Virus record (IMG/VR): IMGVR_UViG_3300033150_002085 | Span: 1-44,299 of that record | Direction: 5' to 3' (one strand) | Origin: a virus | DNA length: 44,299 nt | In this document: piece after piece, positions 36,506 to 44,079 of the stretch | How the letters are laid out: each line of letters opens with the position of its first letter | Numbering within the stretch: position 1 is the stretch's first letter | Program-made: the position numbers and the translations under genes | Notes under the pieces: generated by a model | What the model saw: only the letters and a program-made list of their open reading frames with translations | Database searches by the model: none | What the model was told of the DNA's origin: nothing

Positions 36506-38176
36506 ATGGGCAAGTACCACGGGCGCTACCACACATGGGGGCCGCCGGGCTCCGGCAAGACGACGTGGCTCACCCGCCAAATCGACGCCATCCTCCAGGC
36601 GACCGAAGTCGACGGCAGGCGACTCCAGGTCGCCGTGTGCAGCCTGACCCGGGCCGCCGCGGCCGAAGTTGCAGGCCGCAACCCCGTCGTGCCGAAGCAC
36701 GCCATCGGCACGCTCCACTCCTTCGCCTACCGCGCCCTGGGACGGCCCGAAATCGCCGAACTCCACCTCGACGAGTGGAACGCTAAGCACCCGGAACTCC
36801 GCCTCGCCGTTAAGGGCAACCTCGACGACCCCAAAGACGAGGACGCCGCCACCGACCGGGCGTCCGCCGACGCCACCGCGACGTTCCTGCGATACCAGAC
36901 CGCCCGCGCACGCCGCACGCCGCGAGACCTGTGGCCCGTGTCGCTCCGCGCCTTCGCCGAGCAGTGGGAGGCCTGGAAGCACGAGAACGACTACTTCGAC
37001 TTCACCGACCTCATCGAGGAGGCGCTCCTCGCCCAGACCACCATGCCCGGCAACCCCCGCGTCCTGCTCGTCGACGAGGCCCAGGACTACAGCCGCCTCG
37101 AACACGACCTCGTCGACATGTGGGCTCGAGACGCCGAGGCCGTCATGCTTGCCGGCGACCCTTACCAGTGCCTCTACGCCTGGCGCGGCAGCGACCCCGA
37201 CTTGTTTCTGCGGGACGACCTCCCCGAAGACCGGCTGAAGGTGCTCGCCAAGTCCTGGCGACTGCCGCGGGCCATCCGCGACGCCGCGCTCGCCTGGGTC
37301 TCGCAACTCGACAACTTCCGCCCCATCCACTACCGCGACCGCGGCGAAGAAGGCCGCGTCGTCCGCCTCGCCGCACCTTACCACTTGCGAAACCCAGGGC
37401 TCCTCGCCGACCTCATCGAGCGGGGCCTCGAAGCCGACGACGAATCTACACATCTTGTGTGTGCCGCCTGCTCCTATATGCTCACGCCGCTCATCCACGA
37501 ACTCCGCAACCGCGGCATCCCCTTCGCCAACCCGCTCCGCCCGACTAACGGCCGGTGGAACCCGCTCGGGCCGCGAAGCGGAACCAGTCTCACGCAACGC
37601 CTCCTCGCGCTTCTCGCCGTGTTCCAGCACCCCCGCCTGTGGACACACCGCGAAATGGACCTGTGGGCCAAGCACACCCGCGGCATCCTCAACCGCGGGG
37701 CCAAAAAGGCCATCGCCGACCTCGCCAAGACCATGCCGACCACGCCGGTCCGCGACGAAAAACTCCGCGAGTGGCTCACCGACGACGCCAGACGCACCAT
37801 CCTCGCCGCCCTCCAGGTCCCCCAGCCGTGGAATGAACTGGCTCGCTGGTGGCAGGCCAACCTCAACGCCCGCAGCCGGCACCTCGGCGAGTACCTCGTC
37901 AAGTGTCTCCACCGTGGCGGCGTCAAGGCACTTCAGCAGCGGCCGCGAGTCTGGCTTGGAACCATCCACTCCGTCAAAGGCGGCGAGGCCGATTACGTCT
38001 ACCTCGCTCCCGACCTGTCGCCGCAAGGCGCGGCCTGCTACACCGGCCGTGCCGGCCCCGAAGGACGAAACGGCGTCATCCGCCAGTTCTACGTGGGCAT
38101 GACCAGGGCCAGGCGAGGCCTTCTTCTCCTCGCCGCAAGCGGCCACAGAACGGCCGTGACCTGGCGGTGCGCCTAG
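36506..38176 (+). CDS. UvrD/RecD-like superfamily 1 helicase
   Basis: 556 aa. Walker A GPPGSGKT, Walker B LLVDEAQDY, C-terminal TIHSVKGGEADYVYL and YVGMTRAR. SD GAAGGAG. Confidence 0.85.
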   Translation: MGKYHGRYHTWGPPGSGKTTWLTRQIDAILQATEVDGRRLQVAVCSLTRAAAAEVAGRNPVVPKHAIGTLHSFAYRALGRPEIAELHLDEWNAKHPELRLAVKGNLDDPKDEDAATDRASADATATFLRYQTARARRTPRDLWPVSLRAFAEQWEAWKHENDYFDFTDLIEEALLAQTTMPGNPRVLLVDEAQDYSRLEHDLVDMWARDAEAVMLAGDPYQCLYAWRGSDPDLFLRDDLPEDRLKVLAKSWRLPRAIRDAALAWVSQLDNFRPIHYRDRGEEGRVVRLAAPYHLRNPGLLADLIERGLEADDESTHLVCAACSYMLTPLIHELRNRGIPFANPLRPTNGRWNPLGPRSGTSLTQRLLALLAVFQHPRLWTHREMDLWAKHTRGILNRGAKKAIADLAKTMPTTPVRDEKLREWLTDDARRTILAALQVPQPWNELARWWQANLNARSRHLGEYLVKCLHRGGVKALQQRPRVWLGTIHSVKGGEADYVYLAPDLSPQGAACYTGRAGPEGRNGVIRQFYVGMTRARRGLLLLAASGHRTAVTWRCA

Positions 38177-38343
38177 ACCCTATATAGGAGAATTTTTTCC
38201 CAGGCCCAGAGATGGACGAGTACTTAGTCTAGGTTCTAAGGTTTCGGTAAGTGACGGAATACACAGGACTTATCGCTAGACCGCGAATTCTAATATCGGT
38301 CTAGGTAGTCTAGGTGGAACGAAATCGACAATAGTTGCGTGGC
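38169..38343. repeat. R2: second copy of the AT-rich (G/A)GTCTAGG-box module
   Basis: Aligns with 12207-12380 and starts at the helicase stop codon. One more AGTCTAGG box lies at 38384-38391, just before the VRR-NUC start. Confidence 0.9.
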
Positions 38344-38399
38344 TCGCTCGCCGCCGCCGCCGCCAGGAAAAAAGCGCCCATATAGTCTAGGAGCCCAGC

Positions 38400-38750
38400 G
38401 TGGTGTGTTCGGCAAAGCGGAAACAGCGCTCGGCGGGGTCCGAGGCTGCCCTGCAGCGGCGTGTCCTTCGGTGGCTCCGTGCCAGGCCGAAGTCGTGGAC
38501 CATCAAGGTGCCGGGGACGGTCCTGACTGGCGGCCTGCCCGACGTGTTCCACGTGGAGCGCGGTCGGTTCTACGCGTTCGAACTGAAGGCCCCGCGCGGT
38601 CGTGTGACGCCCCTGCAGGCGCTGTGCCTGAACCGCATCCGCGCCGCCGGCGGCGTGGCCGTGGTCGCGCGGTCGCTCGATGACGTGCGTCGTGTCCTGG
38701 AGGGCGACGGTGACCCTGCAGGGCGGCGAAGGGAAAGGAGGGAACGATGA
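38400..38750 (+). CDS. VRR-NUC domain nuclease
   Basis: 116 aa with a GTG start. GLPDVF...FELK (PD-ExK) and TPLQ match the VRR-NUC pattern. SD TAGGAG. Confidence 0.8.
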   Translation: MVCSAKRKQRSAGSEAALQRRVLRWLRARPKSWTIKVPGTVLTGGLPDVFHVERGRFYAFELKAPRGRVTPLQALCLNRIRAAGGVAVVARSLDDVRRVLEGDGDPAGRRRERRER

Positions 38751-38944
38751 GCGTGACGGACGAGATTCTGCGTAAGCGAGGCGCGCGACGTTTGCGCAGG
38801 ACGCGACATTCTCCGCGGGTCGACGGAACGGTCGAGGTCCGCATTTCGGCCGCGACAGCGGCGAAAGTGGCGGCGATTTTCGCCGCTGTGGGCGTCGCGG
38901 CCGGGCTCCTGGCCGGGGCCCTTCTGCGTGCCATCCTCGCGTGA
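38747..38944 (+). CDS. Small membrane protein (C-terminal TM helix)
   Basis: 65 aa. ATGA coupling. Hydrophobic segment AKVAAIFAAVGVAAGLLAGALL. Confidence 0.5.
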   Translation: MSVTDEILRKRGARRLRRTRHSPRVDGTVEVRISAATAAKVAAIFAAVGVAAGLLAGALLRAILA

Positions 38945-39029
38945 CGCGCCGCGAGTTTTGATTTCGCGTTTGACGACCGCACCACTCCGCCGCTACCCTA
39001 ATCCGTGACGCCAGGTGGTGGAGGTGGAG

Positions 39030-39296
39030 ATGGCGAACGCCGAACCGACCGTTTACCTCGTCCTGCTCGCCGCGTGGAGCACCGTGATGGCTCCGGCCCT
39101 GGCCTGGGCGATGGTGCAAATTGTCAAGCTGGGGCAGGCGACCCGCTCGCTCGAAACGCAGGTCGACGCGATGATGCGGGAGATGGCTCGCATCGCCAAC
39201 GAGCTCATCATGCGTGAGAACCAGGTGGAACGGATGCGCAATGAGCTCTCGCGGCTCCAAGGCCGCATGAACTCTTACGGGAAAGGAGACGCCTGA
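39030..39296 (+). CDS. Small membrane protein: N-terminal TM helix plus coiled coil
   Basis: 88 aa from ATG 39030 with SD GGAGGTGGAG upstream. TM segment VYLVLLAAWSTVMAPALAWAMV is followed by heptad-like sequence. Confidence 0.55.
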   Translation: MANAEPTVYLVLLAAWSTVMAPALAWAMVQIVKLGQATRSLETQVDAMMREMARIANELIMRENQVERMRNELSRLQGRMNSYGKGDA

Positions 39297-40339
39297 TGAA
39301 CGGCGAGTATCGCGCGCGGATGGTGGTGGCCATCGTCGCAGCCATCGTTCTGCTCATCGGGGCCGTGACGCTGGTCGTGAGCGTTTGCGAGGTGGCTCGA
39401 GCGATGGCCGAGCCGGCCGCGGTCGCCGAGGCCGCCGAGGCCGAGGCACCGCCCGCCGACGGCGGTCAGCCGGAATGGCTCCCGGACATGACGCTGCGAC
39501 CGGATGCCGCAGCGCTGGTTCCGGTCATCCTCATCGTCGTCCAGGTACTTCTCGAACTTCCGGGCGTCTCGCGATTCCGGTCGTGGGGCGTCCTTTTTGC
39601 GATGGCCATCGGCGTGGTCGCCGACGTCTACCTGCTCACCCCGCGCGGGGCATGGACAGTGGACAGGGTGGTCGAGGGCATCGTTGCGGGGCTGGCGGCG
39701 AGCGGCGTGTGGAAGGTCGGCCACGAGGCCGTGAAGTCCGCCGCGACCCGCGGCAGCCGAGTTGCGCAAGACCTCGTGCGGCTGTCGCGCTCCGACGGAA
39801 CTGGCGGCTGGGGCCACGTGCCCCTGCCTGTTCTGCTCTTCCTGGCGGTCGGCGGCTCGATGGCGCTGGCCGGGTGCGGCGCGCACGAATTCATGCTCGA
39901 GGCTCCCGCCGTCATGGCGCAGGGGCTTGCCGAGGTGGAGACGGGCATCGACGAGTACCACGCCGCAGCGGTGGCCGAACTGGACCAGGCCGAGGAGCGC
40001 CTGCGGCAGGCCCTGCGAAACGACCTCGTTCTGAACCTCCTGCAACTGGCGAAGACAGACCCCGCGAACGCGCCGCCTGAGGACGAGATTCGCCAAGCCG
40101 TCGATGACCTATTAGTGCGGTATCACGGGCCGGAGTACCTCGGCGGCATCAAGCGGGAGCGCGAGAATGAGGCGGAGCGCTACCGGCGGCTGAAGTCGCT
40201 GGTGGAGTGGCTCCGGCGGGTGGCTGGCCAGGTGGCCGAGATTGAGACGGACCGCTACGCGACGGTCGAAGACCTGCGGGCTCTGGCTCAGCGTTATGTG
40301 GCCGAGCAGTTCGGCCGGCAAGCACAGGAGGGCGAGTGA
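39296..40339 (+). CDS. Polytopic membrane protein with an internal lipobox-like LAGC and a coiled-coil C-terminal domain
   Basis: 347 aa with SD AAAGGAG upstream. About four hydrophobic helices. The segment LLFLAVGGSMALAGC has its Cys codon at 39875-39877. Confidence 0.6.
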   Translation: MNGEYRARMVVAIVAAIVLLIGAVTLVVSVCEVARAMAEPAAVAEAAEAEAPPADGGQPEWLPDMTLRPDAAALVPVILIVVQVLLELPGVSRFRSWGVLFAMAIGVVADVYLLTPRGAWTVDRVVEGIVAGLAASGVWKVGHEAVKSAATRGSRVAQDLVRLSRSDGTGGWGHVPLPVLLFLAVGGSMALAGCGAHEFMLEAPAVMAQGLAEVETGIDEYHAAAVAELDQAEERLRQALRNDLVLNLLQLAKTDPANAPPEDEIRQAVDDLLVRYHGPEYLGGIKRERENEAERYRRLKSLVEWLRRVAGQVAEIETDRYATVEDLRALAQRYVAEQFGRQAQEGE

Positions 40340-40566
40340 TGACCGCGGAAACGGAAGGCCCCGAACCCCAGAACGCGGCGTGGAAGATGGCCACGCCGAA
40401 CCTCGACGACGCTAAGCGCGAGCCGACGCAGCACCCCACGAAAGTGGATGAGCTGAAGCGGCTGCGAGACGAGTTGGACCGCAAGTTCGTCCGTGGTAAG
40501 ATGGACGCCAGGCTCATCCGCCAGGTGCTGGCGCTGGTGGACGACGTCCTTCGGCTGGTGCGGTAA
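40336..40566 (+). CDS. Hypothetical protein
   Basis: 76 aa with SD AGGAGGG upstream. Confidence 0.5.
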   Translation: MMTAETEGPEPQNAAWKMATPNLDDAKREPTQHPTKVDELKRLRDELDRKFVRGKMDARLIRQVLALVDDVLRLVR

Positions 40567-40576
40567 GGAGACGGCG

Positions 40577-40888
40577 ATGCTGGAGCTGGCGCTGATGACG
40601 GTGGCGGGCGACCCCACGCTCAAGACGGTGGGGGCGTCGGCCCAGAAGGCGAGCCCGGTCCAGTCGGGCGGCTCGGACATCGAGGTGGACCTCTACGCCG
40701 TGCAGGCCCTGCGGGGCAACTCGGGGACGGTTTACATCGCCGAGTCGGCCGCGAACGCCGCGGCCGAAAAAGGGTTCGAGCTGGGGCCGGGCGACCTCGT
40801 CTATTGGCCTGGCCACGCCGACCTCTACGTGCATGGCTCGACGAGCGGCGACAAGGTGCTGGTCCGCGGCTTAGTGCGGAGGGCGTGA
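40577..40888 (+). CDS. Hypothetical protein
   Basis: 103 aa from ATG 40577 with SD AAGGAG upstream. Confidence 0.55.
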   Translation: MLELALMTVAGDPTLKTVGASAQKASPVQSGGSDIEVDLYAVQALRGNSGTVYIAESAANAAAEKGFELGPGDLVYWPGHADLYVHGSTSGDKVLVRGLVRRA

Positions 40889-40889
40889 G

Positions 40890-41246
40890 ATGCTGATTCG
40901 CCATGACCCGCGGGGGCGGGTGGACAGCGGCCAGCTGGCTGATGGTGCGGTCGAGCCCCGCCACCTCTTCGGCAACTGCACGTGCTTCGATGCGCGGGGC
41001 TACAACAGTCTAACGCAGATAAGGGTGGGGACTCTCGATGCAACCTGTCTCAATCAGGACGACTGGAGCGGATGCCTGACCGTGGCCGGCGAAGCGAACC
41101 TGTGCGCTAGCACGAACTTCATCTTGCCGACATCCCCGCCTTGCTCGCCAGTCGTTGGCTCGTTCTACTTCTGCGCTTGCGAGGGCAGTCTCTATGTTTA
41201 CGACGGGTCTTACTGGGACGTGTTCTACTGGGATTCCCAAGGGTAA
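40890..41246 (+). CDS. Cys-rich hypothetical protein (possible fibre/receptor-binding tip)
   Basis: 118 aa with 9 Cys, in a lower-GC patch. N-terminal GQLADGAVEPRHL resembles tail-fibre N-terminal motifs. Weak call. Confidence 0.5.
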   Translation: MLIRHDPRGRVDSGQLADGAVEPRHLFGNCTCFDARGYNSLTQIRVGTLDATCLNQDDWSGCLTVAGEANLCASTNFILPTSPPCSPVVGSFYFCACEGSLYVYDGSYWDVFYWDSQG

Positions 41247-41256
41247 GGGGTGAGCG

Positions 41257-41469
41257 ATGGAGCAGCGAAGGCGTGTAAGCATCCGCAAGGATGAGAAGAA
41301 CGACACGGTCATCGTCGAGCACGTGGTCGAAAACACGATGAGCAGGGACGAGGTGGCCGAGGAGGTCGCTCGCCTCAAGGCCCGCCGTCAGTCCTACCAG
41401 CAGGCCATTCAGGACATCGACGAGCGACTGGCTGCGCTGCGCCAGGCGGCCGGGCTGAACCACCAGTAG
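41257..41469 (+). CDS. Hypothetical coiled-coil protein
   Basis: 70 aa. Confidence 0.5.
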   Translation: MEQRRRVSIRKDEKNDTVIVEHVVENTMSRDEVAEEVARLKARRQSYQQAIQDIDERLAALRQAAGLNHQ

Positions 41470-41475
41470 GAGCGA

Positions 41476-42015
41476 GTGATGCGGGCCGAAAACGACCGCG
41501 ACCGCGGTGCCATTGCTGCGGTCGTCCTGACGTGGCCGGACCGGTCGGTGACCTGGGAGACGGCGAAGTGGCTGTGGGGGCTCTTCCGGCCCGACCGCAT
41601 CCTTTCCGTGTGCCGGCGTGGACGCATCGACGAGGTTCGCAACTGGACGGTCCGCGAGGTGTGCCTGAAAGCCCCGCCGGACGTTCAGCATTTCCTCTTC
41701 CTGGACCGCGACATGCGGCCGAGCGCGTTGACGACGCCGATTCTCGAGGCCGAGGGTGACGTCGTCGGCGCGATGTATCCCCTCGGCAATCCCTGGACCT
41801 GGGCTGATGAGGGCATGGTCCACGCAGGGTGCCTGCGGGTGTCGAGGCGGGTGCTGGAGGCGCTCGCGCCGGGCCCCTGGTTCCGCTTCGAGTTCACCGC
41901 GGACGGCGCTGACCTAACACGGTGCGAATGCTCGTGGTTCGCCGAGCGCGCCCGCGAAAAGGGGTTCACGGTTCGGCGCGCCGGCTGGTGTGACCACGCG
42001 CCATTGAGGGCATAA
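41476..42015 (+). CDS. Small GT2-like glycosyltransferase candidate
   Basis: 179 aa. N-terminal AAVVLTWPDR resembles a GT-A first strand. DxD-like FLFLDRDM. SD AGGAGCG. Confidence 0.5.
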   Translation: MMRAENDRDRGAIAAVVLTWPDRSVTWETAKWLWGLFRPDRILSVCRRGRIDEVRNWTVREVCLKAPPDVQHFLFLDRDMRPSALTTPILEAEGDVVGAMYPLGNPWTWADEGMVHAGCLRVSRRVLEALAPGPWFRFEFTADGADLTRCECSWFAERAREKGFTVRRAGWCDHAPLRA

Positions 42016-42017
42016 GC

Positions 42018-43367
42018 ATGGCAAACGAGAAGATTGTCGATGCGTTATCGCACCTGGTGGTGCCGATTGACAGCGTCTCGCCGGACCCGGCGAACGTGCG
42101 GAAGCACCCCGAGCGGAACCTCGAGGCGATTCGGGGTTCGCTGCGGAAGTTCGGGCAGCAGAAGCCCATCGTCGTCAACGAGGAGGGGGTGATTCTGGCG
42201 GGGAACGGCCTTTACGAGGCCGCGAAGTCGCTGGGCTGGGAGAAAATCGCCGCGGTGCGGTCGCCGCTCACAGGCGTGGACGCGGCGGCCTACGCCATCG
42301 CCGACAACCGCACGGCCGAGCTGGCGGAGTGGGACGAGGAGCAGCTCGGCGTCCATCTGACCGAGCTGCGTGAGGCGGAGTTCGAGCTCGACGCCATCGG
42401 TTTCACGCCCGAGGAGATTCAGGCGCTGCTGGGCGATACGCCGCTCGCCGAGGGGCAAACCGACGACGACGCGGTTCCCGAGCCACCGGACGACCCAGTG
42501 ACGCAGCGTGGCGACCTGTGGATTCTCGGCAACCACCGGCTGCTCTGCGGCGACGCGGGCAAGACGGAGGACGTCGACCGGCTGCTTGACGGCGCGGTGA
42601 TTCACCTGGTGAACACCGACCCGCCGTATGGCGTGAAAGTCGAGCCGCGGTCGAGTACGGCGATTGCGGCCGGCCAAAGTTCGTTCCCGGACCTGTCGGG
42701 CAAGATGCACCATCAGGGCTTCGACGTGGCGCGTGGCGTGACTGACCCCGGCAAAGCGCGCAAGAAGATGCGGCCGAAGGACCGGCCGCTCGAGGGCGAC
42801 TTCCTGCCGGAGGACGAGTTCGTCAAACTGCTCGAGGCGTGGTTCGGCCAAATCGCTCGCGTGCTGCAGCCTGGCGGGACGTTCTACATTTGGGGCGGCT
42901 ACGCCAACTGCGCCAACTACCCGCCCGTCCTGCGTGCCTGCAAGTTGTACTTCTCGCAGGCCATCATTTGGGTGAAGGAGCATCCGGTTCTCACGCGGAA
43001 AGACTTCATGGGCAACCATGAGTGGTGTTTCTACGGCTGGAAGGAGGGAGCCGCGCACCGGTTCTTTGGCCCGCCCAACGTGACCGACGTCTGGAGCGTC
43101 AAGAAGGTGAACCCGCAGTCGATGGTCCACCTCACCGAGAAGCCGGTCGAGCTGGCGTTGCGGGCGCTCCAGTACTCGTCGCAGGAAGGCGAGAACGTTC
43201 TGGACCTTTTCGGCGGCTCGGGCAGCACGCTGATTGCGTGCGAGAAGGCCCATCGGCGCTGCTACACGATGGAAATCGACCCGCTTTACTGCGACGTCAT
43301 CGTGCAGCGCTGGGAGGAGTTCACCGACAAGAAGGCCGAGCGCGTGCGTGCGGAGGGCGCGGCATGA
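42018..43367 (+). CDS. ParB-like nuclease domain fused to an N6/N4 DNA methyltransferase
   Basis: 449 aa. ParB-N pattern PANVRKHPERNL...GNGLYEA. TDPPYG catalytic motif, then SAM motif VLDLFGGSGST (beta-class order). Confidence 0.9.
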   Translation: MANEKIVDALSHLVVPIDSVSPDPANVRKHPERNLEAIRGSLRKFGQQKPIVVNEEGVILAGNGLYEAAKSLGWEKIAAVRSPLTGVDAAAYAIADNRTAELAEWDEEQLGVHLTELREAEFELDAIGFTPEEIQALLGDTPLAEGQTDDDAVPEPPDDPVTQRGDLWILGNHRLLCGDAGKTEDVDRLLDGAVIHLVNTDPPYGVKVEPRSSTAIAAGQSSFPDLSGKMHHQGFDVARGVTDPGKARKKMRPKDRPLEGDFLPEDEFVKLLEAWFGQIARVLQPGGTFYIWGGYANCANYPPVLRACKLYFSQAIIWVKEHPVLTRKDFMGNHEWCFYGWKEGAAHRFFGPPNVTDVWSVKKVNPQSMVHLTEKPVELALRALQYSSQEGENVLDLFGGSGSTLIACEKAHRRCYTMEIDPLYCDVIVQRWEEFTDKKAERVRAEGAA

Positions 43368-43741
43368 TGGTCTACCTGGCGAGTCCCTACGCCCACCCGG
43401 ACCCCGCGACGAGGGAGGCGCGGTTCCGCGCGGCGTGCCGGCAGGCGGCCAGCCTTCTGCGCTGCGGCATCAACGTCTACTCGCCCATCGCCCACACGCA
43501 CGGCATCGCCGCCGAGGGCGACCTGCCGACGGACTGGTCGTTCTGGGAGAAGTTCGACCGGCAATACATCAAAATGTGTGACGAGGTGTGGGTGTTGGCC
43601 CTCGACGGCTGGGAAGAGTCGCGCGGCGTCCAGGCGGAGATTGCGCTGGCCAGGAAGCTCGGCAAGCCGGTCGTGGTGCTGGAGCCGGAGGCCGCCATCG
43701 CTAACCGTAGGAACCACGGGGTCGTGATGGCACGACGATAG
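43364..43741 (+). CDS. DUF1937 / nucleoside 2-deoxyribosyltransferase-like protein
   Basis: 125 aa. ATGA coupling. VYLASPY...VYSPIAHTH...W.ESRGVQAEIALA resembles DUF1937. Confidence 0.65.
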   Translation: MMVYLASPYAHPDPATREARFRAACRQAASLLRCGINVYSPIAHTHGIAAEGDLPTDWSFWEKFDRQYIKMCDEVWVLALDGWEESRGVQAEIALARKLGKPVVVLEPEAAIANRRNHGVVMARR

Positions 43742-43777
43742 GCGGCCTCAGCGCCGGGGCGGTCCCGGCGCATACAG

Positions 43778-43816
43778 GAAGGGGGCGTCGTCTCGGCTGA
43801 CGCCCCCTTCGCTTTT
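43778..43816. terminator. Bidirectional hairpin terminator between convergent genes
   Basis: 12-bp stem GAAGGGGGCGTC/GACGCCCCCTTC with a 9-nt loop. A TTTT run follows on the + strand. Confidence 0.75.
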
Positions 43817-43822
43817 GCGCGG

Positions 43823-44011
43823 CTACACGCCGTTCTTCTCCAGCCAGTCGTGGACGGCCTCTCGGATGAGTTGCGAGCGGGTCACCAGCTGGCCCGTCTC
43901 GAGCTGGCGGCGGTGCATCGCCTCGAGGAGGCGGTCGTGGACGTCCTTCGGCAGGACGAAGTTGACGTTGACGCGCTCCGCTTTTTCGGCATTTTGCTGT
44001 TTCCGGCCCAT
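43823..44011 (-). CDS. Ribbon-helix-helix (CopG/Arc/MetJ-like) DNA-binding protein
   Basis: 62 aa. VNVNFVLPKDVHDRLLEAM...SQLIREAVHDWLEK fits the beta-alpha-alpha RHH pattern. SD AAAGGAG. Confidence 0.75.
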   Translation of the reverse strand: MGRKQQNAEKAERVNVNFVLPKDVHDRLLEAMHRRQLETGQLVTRSQLIREAVHDWLEKNGV

Positions 44012-44043
44012 TTGCGTTCTCCTTTCGTTCTAGGCTCGACACC

Positions 44044-44071
44044 ATTCTAACTTCAAATGCGGCGTTGTCAA
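44044..44071 (-). promoter_or_regulatory. Sigma70-like promoter of the RHH gene
   Basis: On the minus strand: -35 TTGACA (44066-44071), 16-nt spacer, -10 TAGAAT (44044-44049). The AAAATCC..GGATTTT operator is absent. Confidence 0.6.
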
Positions 44072-44079
44072 GTCAAGGT

